Of a stretch of 64,000 nucleotides of DNA, positions 27,386 to 37,459 are shown piece after piece (position 1 is the first letter of the stretch; each line of letters starts with the position of its first letter). The DNA comes from Dehalococcoidia bacterium (GTDB taxonomy: Bacteria; Chloroflexota; Dehalococcoidia; Lucifugimonadales; JAGWBF01): contig CBDFGE010000001.1 in assembly GCA_965247055.1 (NCBI GenBank), positions 145,956 through 209,955 on the forward strand. The letters run 5' to 3'. The notes beneath the pieces were generated by a model. The model ran no database searches and was not told the DNA's origin. It saw only the letters and a list, made by a program, of their open reading frames with translations. The translations under genes and the position numbers were made by a program.

Positions 27386-28633
27386 CTAGATGACCCCCTT
27401 CTCCCGTAGCTGGGCCATCTCCGAGGGACCCAGCCCCAGTAGCCGGCCGTAGACCATCTCGTTGTCGTAGCCCAGGGGGACCGACCCCCTCCAGACCTTC
27501 CCCGGGGTCACCGAGAACCTGGGACAGACACCCGTTCCCTTGACTTTCCTGCCCAGCGATATGTCCTCCCACTCGATGTGGACGTTGCGCGTCCGGTAGT
27601 GGGGGTCCTCGTCCATGTCCCTGGAGGTGAGGATGCGGCAGCAGGCCACCTGGGCGGCGTTCATCTCGTCCACCGTCTCCTCTACGGTCCGCTCCAGCAC
27701 CCAGCCCCGCAGCATGGCGTCGAACTCTATCCCCTCGGGGGACTCCACCTCTTTGTGGGCCGTGCGCCACTTCTCCTCGGTGGGGTCCAGGCCCAGAAGC
27801 CTGCAAAGTCGCTCGTAGATGGTGCCCACGGCGGCGATGATTACCCAGCCGTCGCTGGCCTGGAAGAGGTCGTATGGCTGGAACATCCCGGCCCGGTTGC
27901 CCGAGCGCTCCCGCACCAGCCCAAGCTCGTAGTAGGCGACCATAGTGCCGGCCAGGACGCGGTGGATGGCCTCGTACTGGGCCAGGTCGATCACCTGCCC
28001 CTTGCCGGTACGCTGGGCGTAGACGTAGGCTGCCAGAGAAGAGGATAGGCAGAAGAGGGCGGTGATGTAGTCCGCGGTCCAGGGCGCCGCCCTGACGGGC
28101 GGATCGGGCTCGGGGAAGCCGGTCAGGTTCATAAGGCCGCCGAAGGCCTGGCCGATGAAGTCGTAGGACGCCCGGGCCAGGTAATCGGGATGCCCGGTCT
28201 GGCCATAGCCCGATACATGGGCGATGACCACCCGGGGGTTGGCCTTCAGGACCGTTTCGTCGTCCAGCCCCCACTCGCTGAAGGTGCCGGGAATCGAGCC
28301 TTCCATCCAGATATCCGTACGGGCGATCAGGCGGAGGAACATGTCGCGGCCGGCCGGGGTGGCCAGATTCAGGGTGGTGTGGAGGGTGTTGCGGCGGTCC
28401 TGAATCCATCCCGCCGCCACCGAGCTGCCCCCCTCACCCTCTATGGGGAACTCCAGGTTCCTCCAAACCACGTCCCCCACTTCGGGCCGCTCGATTTGAA
28501 TCACCTCAGCCCCCATTTCCGCGGCTAGCTCCGCGGCGAAGGGCTGGGCGATGATGGTCCCGGTGGAGAGGACCCGGACCCCCTGAAGGGGACCGAACTG
28601 CTCGGGCAGCAGGGCAATTTCACTGGGCTCCAT
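27386..28633 (-). CDS. CoA-transferase family III (CaiB/BaiF type)
   Basis: 415 aa. LQGVRVLSTGTIIAQPFAAELAAEMGAEVIQIERP and GYGQTGP-like YGQTGHPDY motifs. Confidence 0.88.
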   Translation of the reverse strand: MEPSEIALLPEQFGPLQGVRVLSTGTIIAQPFAAELAAEMGAEVIQIERPEVGDVVWRNLEFPIEGEGGSSVAAGWIQDRRNTLHTTLNLATPAGRDMFLRLIARTDIWMEGSIPGTFSEWGLDDETVLKANPRVVIAHVSGYGQTGHPDYLARASYDFIGQAFGGLMNLTGFPEPDPPVRAAPWTADYITALFCLSSSLAAYVYAQRTGKGQVIDLAQYEAIHRVLAGTMVAYYELGLVRERSGNRAGMFQPYDLFQASDGWVIIAAVGTIYERLCRLLGLDPTEEKWRTAHKEVESPEGIEFDAMLRGWVLERTVEETVDEMNAAQVACCRILTSRDMDEDPHYRTRNVHIEWEDISLGRKVKGTGVCPRFSVTPGKVWRGSVPLGYDNEMVYGRLLGLGPSEMAQLREKGVI

Positions 28634-28750
28634 ACCTAATGTCCCTCCTTCGCGAGTCTAGCCACAGTATAGTCCGTGTCCCCGCCAGATGAGAAGCTCT
28701 GCGTTGCGTCCGGCATGCTATAACTGGTGGTGCCGCCACCCCTGGGGTGC

Positions 28751-28779
28751 TTGGCCGCGCCTGGCGCCGGTGCTAGAAT
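28751..28779 (+). promoter_or_regulatory. putative sigma70-type promoter for asnS (TTGGCC-17-TAGAAT)
   Basis: -35 at 28751..28756 and -10 at 28774..28779, 17-nt spacer, about 27 nt upstream of the ATG and before the ggaggga RBS. Confidence 0.3.
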
Positions 28780-28806
28780 GGGATACACCGTGGCAGGAGG
28801 GAGACG

Positions 28807-30192
28807 ATGCGGCGTACCAGGATCGCGGACATCCTTAAAAGGGACACGGCTGGAGGCGAGGTCATGGTGCAGGGATGGGTCAAGACCAGACGCTCGTCAA
28901 AGAACGTGTCCTTCGTTCAGGTGAACGACGGCTCGACCATCTCGGACCTTCAGATCGTCCTCGACGACTCCCTGCCAGGCTACGACCGTGTAGAGTCCAT
29001 CATGACCGGGTGCAGCGTCAGCGTCGTGGGCACCCTCGTTAGCTCCCCGGGGAAAGGGCAAGGGTATGAGGTGCAGGCCAGGCTCCTGGATGTTCTGGGC
29101 CACGCCGACCCTGAGGTCTACCCCCTGCAAAAGAAGCGACATACCCTGGAGTACCTGCGGGAGATAGCCCACCTCAGACCCCGAACCAACACCTTCGGCG
29201 CCATGGCGCGGGTGAGAAACGCCATGGCCTTCGCCATGCACAGCTTCTTCCAGAGCCGGGGGTTTATCTACGTGAACACCCCCATAATAACGGCCAGCGA
29301 CGCTGAGGGTACGGGGGAGTTGTTCCGGGTCACGACCCTCGGCCCGGAGGCGCCAGCCACCCGGGACGCTGGGGACAGCCCCGCGGAGGACTTCTTCGGC
29401 AGACCCACCTACCTTACGGTGAGCGGCCAGCTTGAAGCCGAGATATTCGCCCTGGCCCTCTCCGATGTCTACACCTTCGGACCCACCTTCCGCGCCGAGA
29501 ACTCCAACACCTCCAGGCACCTGGCGGAGTTCTGGATGGTGGAGCCCGAGGTGGCTTTCTGCGACCTGGACGGCCTGGCGGAGCTGGCCGAGGAGTTTCT
29601 GAAGTACATCTTCGGCTACGTGCTGGAGCGCTGCCCGGAGGACATGGCCTTCTTTAATCGCAGGTACGATGAAAGCGCAATCGCCACCCTGGAGAGCATC
29701 GTGAACACCAGCTTCGAGCGGCTGACCTATACCGAGGCGGTGGACGTGTTGAAGTGCTCCGGTGAGAGCTTCGAGTTCCCCGTGGAATGGGGCCTGGACC
29801 TCCAGTCGGAGCATGAGCGATACCTCACCGAGAAGAAGCTACGCAGGCCCCTGGTGATTACCGACTATCCCAAGGAGATAAAGCCGTTCTACATGCGGCT
29901 GAACGACGACGGGAGGACGGTCGGGGCCATGGACGTCCTGGTTCCCAGGATCGGAGAGATCATCGGCGGCAGCCAGAGGGAGGAGCGCCACGAGGTCCTC
30001 CTCAGGCGCATGGGCGAGTCCGGCCTGGATGAGGCCGGCTACTGGTGGTACTTGGACCTGCGCAGGTTCGGCACGGTGCCTCACTCCGGGTTTGGCCTGG
30101 GCTTCGAGCGCACCGTCCAGTTCGTGACCGGCATGCAGAACATCCGGGACGTGGCCGCCCTCCCCAGGACACCCAAGAACGCTGAGTTCTAG
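28807..30192 (+). CDS. asnS: asparagine--tRNA ligase
   Basis: 461 aa class IIb enzyme. N-terminal OB fold, [25 protein letters not shown] and GFGLGFER motifs. Confidence 0.92.
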   Translation: MRRTRIADILKRDTAGGEVMVQGWVKTRRSSKNVSFVQVNDGSTISDLQIVLDDSLPGYDRVESIMTGCSVSVVGTLVSSPGKGQGYEVQARLLDVLGHADPEVYPLQKKRHTLEYLREIAHLRPRTNTFGAMARVRNAMAFAMHSFFQSRGFIYVNTPIITASDAEGTGELFRVTTLGPEAPATRDAGDSPAEDFFGRPTYLTVSGQLEAEIFALALSDVYTFGPTFRAENSNTSRHLAEFWMVEPEVAFCDLDGLAELAEEFLKYIFGYVLERCPEDMAFFNRRYDESAIATLESIVNTSFERLTYTEAVDVLKCSGESFEFPVEWGLDLQSEHERYLTEKKLRRPLVITDYPKEIKPFYMRLNDDGRTVGAMDVLVPRIGEIIGGSQREERHEVLLRRMGESGLDEAGYWWYLDLRRFGTVPHSGFGLGFERTVQFVTGMQNIRDVAALPRTPKNAEF

Positions 30193-30221
30193 GCCCACCG
30201 GTCGTGCCGGCGCAACCTGTA

Positions 30222-30250
30222 TTGCCAGTGCTGGCGTATGGGGGTACAAT
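30222..30250 (+). promoter_or_regulatory. putative sigma70-type promoter (TTGCCA-17-TACAAT)
   Basis: -35 at 30222..30227 and -10 at 30245..30250. Located 30 nt upstream of the 30281 ATG. Confidence 0.35.
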
Positions 30251-30280
30251 GGGCGCAACACCAGTGGCGAGGTAGCAGTT

Positions 30281-30700
30281 ATGTATGAGGCCCCTCAGCT
30301 CGGGCTTGAGCAGGTTCAGGCCGCCATGTCCGCCATGCTGGAGCATGCCCTCAAGGAGCCCAAGGGCCCTGTGGCCATAGCCATCGTGGACTCGCAGGGA
30401 AACCTCCTCGCCTTCGCCCGCATGGACGGTTGCCGCCCCATTCCCAGGAAGATGGCCATAAAGAAAGCCTACACCTGCGCCGTCACCGGGGCGGACTCTC
30501 TGGCCTTCGCCGAGAGGCTCAAGGCCCAGGGGAGAAGCGTCGCCGAGATGGGAGACCAGAACCTGGCGGCAATGCAGGGCGGGGTCGTGGTTGCGAGCCC
30601 GGGCGACGGTGCCGTTCTGGGGGGAATCGGCGTCAGCGGTCTGGCTGCCCCGGAGGATGAGGACATCGCCCGTATCGGGCTGGGAGCCCTGGGCCTCTAA
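30281..30700 (+). CDS. GlcG/HbpS-like (DUF336) heme-binding family protein
   Basis: 139 aa. AIVDSQGNLLAFARMDG and GGIGVSG motifs. Confidence 0.8.
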   Translation: MYEAPQLGLEQVQAAMSAMLEHALKEPKGPVAIAIVDSQGNLLAFARMDGCRPIPRKMAIKKAYTCAVTGADSLAFAERLKAQGRSVAEMGDQNLAAMQGGVVVASPGDGAVLGGIGVSGLAAPEDEDIARIGLGALGL

Positions 30701-30737
30701 GGGTACCCGGCAGGAATCACCGAGTCCGGAGGACCAG

Positions 30738-31970
30738 ATGAAGATCAGCTTCTTCCATCTAATGCCCTATCAGGAGCTGCCGGCGGACTTTGAGCACCGC
30801 TTCCGCAGCGCCTGGGTGGACCTGCCCAACGCCAATTTCGACCCCAACCATGGCCATAAGGTGTACGGCGACTACCTGGAGGCGCTCCAGTACGCAGACC
30901 GCCTGGGCTACGATGGGATCTGCGTCAACGAGCACCACTCCAACGCCTACGGCCTCATGCCCTCCCCCAACATAATAGGGGGCATCCTGAGCCGCAGCAC
31001 GTCCCGCTCCGCGCTGATAGTGCTGGGCAACAGTATCGCCCTTTACCAGCCTCCCATCAGGGTGGCCGAGGAGTTGAGCATGCTGGACGTGCTCAGCGGT
31101 GGGAGGCTGGTGGCCGGCTTCCCGGTGGGCACCTCCATGGACACCGCCTTCGCCTACGGGCAGGTGCCCATACAGCTACGGGAACGCCACACGGAAGCCC
31201 ACGACCTGATCATGCAAGCCTGGACCCGGCGAGAGCCCTTCGCCTTCAACGGGAAGTTCAACAAGCTGCGTTATGTCAACATCTGGCCCCGCCCCATGCA
31301 GCAGCCCCATCCCCCAGTCTGGATTCCCGGCAGCGGCAGCCTGGAGACCTGGGACTGGGTGCTGCAGCGGGACTACGTCTACTGCTACCTCAGCTACTAC
31401 GGCTACAAGGCGGGCCGCAAGGTCCTCGACAGCTTCTGGGAGAGGACCGCCCAGCTGGGACTGGACGACAACCCCTACCGTGTAGGGTTCTTGCAACTCG
31501 TGTGCGTCTCCGAGACGGACGAGCGCGCCGAAGAGGAGTACTCAGAACACGTCGACTACTTCTATAAGAAGATGCTCCGTGTCTATCCGCCCTTCGCCGA
31601 GGCCCCCGGCTACCGCTCCGTCGAGTCCATCCGGAAATCGGGCCTCCCCCAGATCGGCCAGGAGGCGCGAAAGATCGCCCAGGAGCTCACATGGAAGGAC
31701 TATGTTGAGAAGGGACACGTCATCGCAGGGAGCCCCGCGACCGTACGCGACCGGTTGAAGGAGGCCATAAAGGTCCTCAGGGTCGGCCACCTCATGGTCC
31801 TCCTCCACATAGGCAGTATGCCCAAAGAGCTGACCATGAAGAACCTGGAGATGTTCGCCAAAGAGGTTTTGCCGGCCGTCAAGGACACCTGGAGTGACTA
31901 CGAAGACCGCTGGTGGCCGGCGGCAGTACCCGACCAGGCGAAGACACCGACGCTATCGGGGGACTCCTAA
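30738..31970 (+). CDS. LLM-class (luciferase-like) flavin-dependent oxidoreductase
   Basis: MKISFFHLMPY...NEHHSNAYG...GRLVAGFPVG pattern. The start is set at ATG 30738, behind ggagga. The supplied ORF begins at 30591. Confidence 0.85.
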   Translation: MKISFFHLMPYQELPADFEHRFRSAWVDLPNANFDPNHGHKVYGDYLEALQYADRLGYDGICVNEHHSNAYGLMPSPNIIGGILSRSTSRSALIVLGNSIALYQPPIRVAEELSMLDVLSGGRLVAGFPVGTSMDTAFAYGQVPIQLRERHTEAHDLIMQAWTRREPFAFNGKFNKLRYVNIWPRPMQQPHPPVWIPGSGSLETWDWVLQRDYVYCYLSYYGYKAGRKVLDSFWERTAQLGLDDNPYRVGFLQLVCVSETDERAEEEYSEHVDYFYKKMLRVYPPFAEAPGYRSVESIRKSGLPQIGQEARKIAQELTWKDYVEKGHVIAGSPATVRDRLKEAIKVLRVGHLMVLLHIGSMPKELTMKNLEMFAKEVLPAVKDTWSDYEDRWWPAAVPDQAKTPTLSGDS

Positions 31971-31993
31971 GCACCCACTTATCCCTAGAGGTC

Positions 31994-32797
31994 ATGTCGA
32001 TGGTAGACCATCAGGCCCGGACCATATCGGTCCGGGGCGGAAAACTGCGGATAGAGGTCCTGGAAGGTGGGAGCGGAGAGCCGCTGGTGTACCTGCACGG
32101 ATTCGCAGGGCTCACCGGCTGGTCCCCTTACCTGGACGCGCTGGCCCAGGATTTCCACGCCTATGCCCCATACCACCCGGGGGTCGGTCCCTCGGTGGGC
32201 CTGGAGCATCTGGACGACCTCTGGGACCTGGTGACATTCTACGAGGAACTGCTTGAGGCCATGGGGCTGGAGCAAACCTCGCTGCTTGGACACTCCTACG
32301 GCGGTATGCTGGCCGCCGAGCTGGCGGCCCACTGTCCCCATAGGGTCCGACGCCTGGTCCTCCTGGACGCCCTGGGCCTATGGCTGGACGACGCGCCGGT
32401 GGCTGATTTCTTCGTCCTCTCTCCCGAGGAGCGGGCCGAGGCTGTCTGGTACGACCCTACCTCCCCGGCGGCCAGGGAGGCGCTCGCCCTTCCCGAGGAC
32501 GACGACGGGCTCATCGAGGCAGTCGTGGAGCGGCACAAGACCCTGGCCTCCATCGGGAAGTTCTGCTGGCCCATCCCGGACCGAGGGCTGAGGAAACGTA
32601 TACACCGTATCACCGCCCCCACCCTGCTCCTGTGGGGAGCGGCGGACGGGATAGTCCCCCCGGTTTATGGCGAAGAGTTCCGGCGGCTGATCCCTAACTC
32701 CCGCTTGGTGGTGCTTGAGAAGTGCGGGCACGTTCCCCACCAGGAAAGCCCCAAGCAGTTCTTCTCCGCACTGTCCCAGTTCCTGAAGGAAGGATAG
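31994..32797 (+). CDS. alpha/beta-fold hydrolase
   Basis: PLVYLHGFAG, the nucleophile elbow GHSYGG, and C-terminal GHVPHQE. Confidence 0.85.
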   Translation: MSMVDHQARTISVRGGKLRIEVLEGGSGEPLVYLHGFAGLTGWSPYLDALAQDFHAYAPYHPGVGPSVGLEHLDDLWDLVTFYEELLEAMGLEQTSLLGHSYGGMLAAELAAHCPHRVRRLVLLDALGLWLDDAPVADFFVLSPEERAEAVWYDPTSPAAREALALPEDDDGLIEAVVERHKTLASIGKFCWPIPDRGLRKRIHRITAPTLLLWGAADGIVPPVYGEEFRRLIPNSRLVVLEKCGHVPHQESPKQFFSALSQFLKEG

Positions 32798-34403
32798 CTC
32801 CCTGGAGCGGGCCTGGGTTCCCGGACTGTTCACAGGCTGAGGTGGTAGATGCGCTATCCCTTCACGACAGCCGGAGTATAGGCCTCCACCAGCATGGACC
32901 GGACGCTGCGCCACACCTGGCTTTGGGAGATGCCCGCCCCACCCCAGCGAGTCTGGCCATTGGTGTCGGACACCAGTGGCTTTAACCGGGCCATCGGGCT
33001 GGGGCCGTGGACCTTTAGCGAAACGCCCAACCCCCTGGGCGGCTCCCTTCGCCTGGGCTCTGCCCCGTCGATGGGCGGGAACGTTACGTGGGACGAAAGG
33101 CCCTTCCACTGGGTGGAGGGCCGGGAGTTCAGCGTCGATCGCATCTATCACAGCGGCCCCTTTCGCTCGGTCCGCTCCAACCTGGTGCTGGAGCCCGCGG
33201 ATAACGGCACCACTCTGAGCTATACCATCGAGGCGGTGGTACGCTCCCTTCTCTGGGGCCCCGTCGCCCGTTACTATCTCGGCGTGCACACTCGCCGCCA
33301 GTTTCGGCGGGCGTTCGGGAACGTGGCCAGGTATCTCCAGGGACAGGCGGAGACGGCCTACCCCCAGCCAACGCCCCGTCTCTCCAGGGCCGCCCGGGAC
33401 CGGCTCCGTGAAGCCCAGTCATCCCTCAGCCGGGCCGGCTTCGACCAGGCTATCGTCCAACGTCTTGTGGGCTATATCCAGGACGCACCCAACGACGCCT
33501 GCCGGCGGATCCGTCCCTACTCACTTGCCGACACGTGGGGCGAGGACCGGGAGACGGTCCTTCGGCTCTGCCTGCATGCGACCCGTCTGGGCGTCCTCGA
33601 TCTGACCTGGGAGCTCATGTGCCCCCTCTGCCGCGGAGCGAAGGACCCCGCGTCGTCCCTGAGCGAACTGCGGCGGGGCGGCCACTGCTCTTCCTGCAAT
33701 ATCCAGTTCGACGCCAATTTCGACCACTCGGTGGAGGTTACCTTCCGTCCGTCCCAGCAGATACGCCGGATCGAAGAGGCTGCCTACTGCGTGGGGGGGC
33801 CGGGCAACACGCCCCACATCACGTTGCAGCAGTCCCTCGCCCCCAGGCGCGGCGTGACCGTGCCCGTAGAGCTGGCGGAAGGGCTCTACCGGCTCCGGGG
33901 GCCTCAGATGTCCTCCAGCGGGCTGATCGAGGTGGGCTCGTCCCATCCAGCCACGGAGGGGGTGAGCATATCCTGCAGCAGCCATGAGGTACGCCCCCAG
34001 AAGCTGGAAGTGCATCCGGGTAGGGTCAGCTTACAGCTTGAGAACTCGGAGGAGGGGGACCTGCTGGTGCTGCTGGAGAAGATGCGGTGGCCGGACGATT
34101 CCGTGACCGCGGCTCAGATAACCGCCTTGCAGGACTTCCGAGACCTGTTCTTCTCGGAAGTCCTGGCCCCGGAGGAGCAGTTCGAGGTCCGCTACCTCAC
34201 CTTCATGTTCACGGACCTGAGGGCCTCGACGGCCCTTTACCAGGAAAGGGGCGATGCTCCCGCCTACGCCCTCGTGAGGGACCACTTCCAGGTGCTACAC
34301 GAGTGGGTCGCCAGGCACCACGGTGCGGTGGTAAAGACGATAGGAGACGCTGTCATGGCCGTATTCCTCGAACCGGGGGCTGCGGTGGCCGCGGGGCTGG
34401 ATA

Positions 34404-35762
34404 AGTAGAGTCCCAGGAAGTGGTGTAACAAGAGGAGAGGGTCTGGATGAAGAGAGACCACCACGTCATCCTTAGCGGGCAAAGACGAGCCTGAGAAAGG
34501 AGGACAACGGTGGTCAAGGAAAGGATGGACCTGCTTGAGCTAATGCGCAAGACGGTGACGTGGACTTTCTACGAGAGGCACTGAGAGTGCTGGTCGAGGA
34601 GATCATGGAGGCTGATGTGTCATCGAGGACCGGTGCTGGGTATGGAGAACGCAACCCTGAGCGGGTGACCCAGCGCAACGGGTACCGGTCTCGAGCATGG
34701 GACACTCGCGTAGGGACCATGGAGTTGCAGATACCCAAGCTCAGAGAGGGAAGCTACTTTCCGAGCCTGCTGGAGCCACGGCGTCGCAGCGAGCGAGCTC
34801 TGCTGGCGGTGATCCAGCAGGCGTATGTGGAGGGTGTATCGACGAGGCGAGTGGATGATCTGGTCAAGGCTCTTGGGTGCGAGGGTATCTCAAAGAGCCA
34901 AGTGTCGCGTATCTGCCAGGAGCTGGACGGGGTGGTGGAGAGCTTCCTAGGTCGGCCGCTGGACGGCGGATCATATCCCTACCTGTGGCTGGACGCACTA
35001 ACCCAGAAGGTCAGAGAGGCCGGTAGGATAGTCAACGTCAGCGTGGTGGTGGCGACGGCGGTCAATAGCGAGGGCAAGCGTGAGATCGTTGGGATGGACG
35101 TGGGTACCAGTGAAGACGGCGCCTTCTGGCTGGCCTTCCTGCGCTCACTGGTCGCCAGGGGCCTCGGCGGGGTGGAACTGGTGGTATCGGACGCTCATCA
35201 GGGACTCAGGGATGCCATCGCAACTGTCTTCGGTGGGGCCAGTTGGCAGCGGTGCCGCACCCACTTCATGACCAACCTGCTCACTCGGGTCCCCAGGAGT
35301 GCTCAGCCCTGGGTGGCCACCATGGTACGCACCATCTACCAGCAGCCGTCCCCTCAGGAGGTGCATGCCCAACTCGAGCGGGTGATTGCTCAGCTCCAGG
35401 ACCCGTTCCCACAGGGCGCCTCTCGACTGGACGAGGCTGGACCCGACGTCCTGGCCTTCTCCAGCTTCCCCGTCGCCCACTGGAAGAAGATCTGGTCCAA
35501 CAACCCCCTGGAGCGTCTCAACAAGGAGATACGGCGCCGCACCGATGTGGTGGGCATCTTCCCTAACCGCCCAGCTGTCCGTCGCCTGGTCGGCGCCGTC
35601 CTAGCTGAGCAGCACGACGAGTGGGCCGTCGGCCGTCGATACATGACACAGGAGGTAACCACCTCCAACGAAGCTCTACCCAGAGCCGAACTCGCAGAGG
35701 CAGCGGCCTAGACGATATCAACAGGATGACGTACTCTTACACCACTCTATGGGACGGGACCT
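34404..35762 (+). mobile_element. IS256-family insertion sequence (about 1.36 kb)
   Basis: Direct repeat CTGGATA at 34397..34403 and 35763..35769. The imperfect terminal IRs share GTCCCA-N4-AGTGGTGTAA (34410..34428 versus the reverse complement of 35737..35755). It contains a Mutator-type transposase. Confidence 0.8.
34560..35711 (+). CDS. IS256-family (Mutator-type) transposase
   Basis: RNGYRSRAWDTRVGTMELQIPKLREGSYFPSLLEPRRRSERAL, YLWLDA, VSDAHQGL, WQRCRTHF and NPLERLNKEIRRR are canonical IS256 transposase motifs. Confidence 0.9.
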   Translation: MDFLREALRVLVEEIMEADVSSRTGAGYGERNPERVTQRNGYRSRAWDTRVGTMELQIPKLREGSYFPSLLEPRRRSERALLAVIQQAYVEGVSTRRVDDLVKALGCEGISKSQVSRICQELDGVVESFLGRPLDGGSYPYLWLDALTQKVREAGRIVNVSVVVATAVNSEGKREIVGMDVGTSEDGAFWLAFLRSLVARGLGGVELVVSDAHQGLRDAIATVFGGASWQRCRTHFMTNLLTRVPRSAQPWVATMVRTIYQQPSPQEVHAQLERVIAQLQDPFPQGASRLDEAGPDVLAFSSFPVAHWKKIWSNNPLERLNKEIRRRTDVVGIFPNRPAVRRLVGAVLAEQHDEWAVGRRYMTQEVTTSNEALPRAELAEAAA

Positions 35763-36142
35763 CTGGATATCCATAGGGCCTTTAGCCGGTCCGAGGGCGC
35801 CGGTGCCTCGGGCCTCGTCCTGAAGATAGGGGTGCACGCGGGGCCCTGCATCGCGGTCAACCTGAACGGGCGCCTGGACTACTTCGGCACCACCGTAAAC
35901 ATGGCCGTGAGGCTCCAGGGACACAGCCTCGGGGGTGATGTGGTGGTACACGCCGACACCCTGAAGGATCCCGCCGTGCAGGACGTGGTCTCCAGGCCGG
36001 GCATAGGCACTGAGCACCTTAACGCCCAGCTAAGAGGCTTCCAGGGCGCCTACGACATCTGTCGCCTCAGAGAGGCCACCGCCCCTGGCCATGCCACGGA
36101 CCCTACGGAGCCGAGCAGCCCCGTACAGTAGCCGAGTCGTGG

Positions 36143-36487
36143 CTAGTCCTGGCTCGCGTCCTGGTCAAGGAGCAGGCAGGGCTCGCCCCACTGGCTGGGG
36201 CTGTCCAGGTCCCACGCCTCCTCACCCCCGGCCAGCTTGAGCCTGATCCCTTCGTCCCCTCCGTACACCAGCAAGACAATCCCCTCTCCGGAGTCCTCCA
36301 CCAGTACCGCTTGAGCCGGGCACGGACCGGCGGCAGACCAGCCGGTCACGTCACAGAGGCGCTCGGCATAGCCGGGATCGGAGGCCATCACTCGGGAGAC
36401 CGGAGCCGGCTCCCCCAGGGCGTAGAACACTCTGCCCAGGGACATGGGACAGTTGACGCTTTCCGATACGTCCACTTCCACCAGCAA
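36143..36487 (-). CDS. hypothetical protein
   Basis: 114-aa ORF filling the gap between the cyclase and lipB. No recognisable motif. Confidence 0.35.
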   Translation of the reverse strand: MLVEVDVSESVNCPMSLGRVFYALGEPAPVSRVMASDPGYAERLCDVTGWSAAGPCPAQAVLVEDSGEGIVLLVYGGDEGIRLKLAGGEEAWDLDSPSQWGEPCLLLDQDASQD

Positions 36488-36686
36488 TTCAGGTCTCCCT
36501 CTCCTTCGGCGATGCTGTCTCGCTAAGGGTTGCGGAGTATGGAAACATCTCCTTGCTATTGTACCATCCCGGTCGCCCCTATTCAGGGTGAGGAAGACCG
36601 CAGCGCGGTGAGGAGGTGCAAGCTGATTTCCCGGAGGTCAGCGGTGGCCGGCTGGCAACCCGGCAGCCATTCCCCACGGGGATGGT

Positions 36687-37385
36687 CTACCGAATCGACG
36701 GCTGCGCGGCCTCTAAATCATCCAAGGTTAACCCCGTCTCCAGCATACGGAAGCCCATCTCCGCGCCGAAGTGGTACGCCAGGCTGTACGCCACCACATC
36801 CACATCCACCAGCCCCCCCAGAAGCCTTTCCATAGAGGTCACGTCCCCGTCGGTGATGCCGCAGGGGACGATGTGGTCGAATCGGGACAGATCGGTGTTC
36901 ACGTTGAGGGCTACGCCGTGGTAGGTCACGCCCCGGCTTATCTTCACCCCGATGGCCGCGATCTTCTCGCCCCCTAGCCAGACTCCCGTAAGCCCGTCCA
37001 CCAGCCCCGCCGTGATCCCGAAGTCGACCAGGGTCTTGACGATCACCTGCTCCAGGGTGCGGACGTACTTGACGGGGCCGCCCCACTCCCGCAGGTCCAG
37101 GACCGGGTAGGCCACGAGCTGGCCGGGGCCGTGATAGGTTACCTGGCCACCCCTGTCCGCCTCATGGAGGGAGACGCCCAGCTCAGCGAGCCGTTGGTCG
37201 TCCAGCATCACGTGGTCCCGTGTCCCGCGACGGCCGATGGTGTACACGGGCGGGTGCTCCAGCAGCAGGAGGACGCCGGGCCGGGCTCCGCTCTGTACCT
37301 GTGAGACGAGCTGCCGTTGCAGCTCCCAGGCCCTCACGTACTCCACAAGGCCCAGATGGTAAATGTGGCATTCCTGCTTTGGCAT
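36687..37385 (-). CDS. lipB: lipoyl(octanoyl) transferase
   Basis: 232 aa. LLLEHPPVYTIGRRG, RGGQVTYHGPGQLVAYPVLDL and KIAAIGV motifs. Confidence 0.92.
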   Translation of the reverse strand: MPKQECHIYHLGLVEYVRAWELQRQLVSQVQSGARPGVLLLLEHPPVYTIGRRGTRDHVMLDDQRLAELGVSLHEADRGGQVTYHGPGQLVAYPVLDLREWGGPVKYVRTLEQVIVKTLVDFGITAGLVDGLTGVWLGGEKIAAIGVKISRGVTYHGVALNVNTDLSRFDHIVPCGITDGDVTSMERLLGGLVDVDVVAYSLAYHFGAEMGFRMLETGLTLDDLEAAQPSIR

Positions 37386-37459
37386 TCAGCTGGCCTTGAT
37401 CTCCATGCCGGCTCCCTCGGCGGCGAGTCCGTTCCGAGAACCCACAGCATGGTATTCTC

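Larger units (their letters stand above)
32894..36131 (+). pseudogene. SRPBCC/DUF5939-like sensor + class III adenylate/guanylate cyclase, interrupted by IS256-family insertion
   Basis: The N part ends in the cyclase core (YLTFMFTDLRAST...KTIGDAVMAVF...AAGLD). The C part resumes IHRAF...KIGVHAGPCIAVNLNGRLDYFGTTVNMAVRLQ. Deleting 34404..35769 restores an 1872-nt frame. Confidence 0.82.

Noticed and set aside
28724-28739. T-box-like sequence (ACTGGTGGTGCCGCC versus the consensus GGGTGGTACCGCG) upstream of asnS.
   Set aside because: The match is only partial. The whole intergenic region is about 170 nt, is shared with a divergent gene, and contains a good promoter downstream of the motif. That leaves no room for Stem I, a specifier loop or a terminator.
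30591-30737. N-terminal extensions of several ORFs in the track (30591, 31913, 49178, 52678, 17538, 41034, 44782, 52838, 27091).
   Set aside because: The upstream parts are low-complexity, overlap neighbouring genes, or lack an RBS. Internal ATG/GTG codons preceded by GGAGG-like sequences align with the expected family N-termini.
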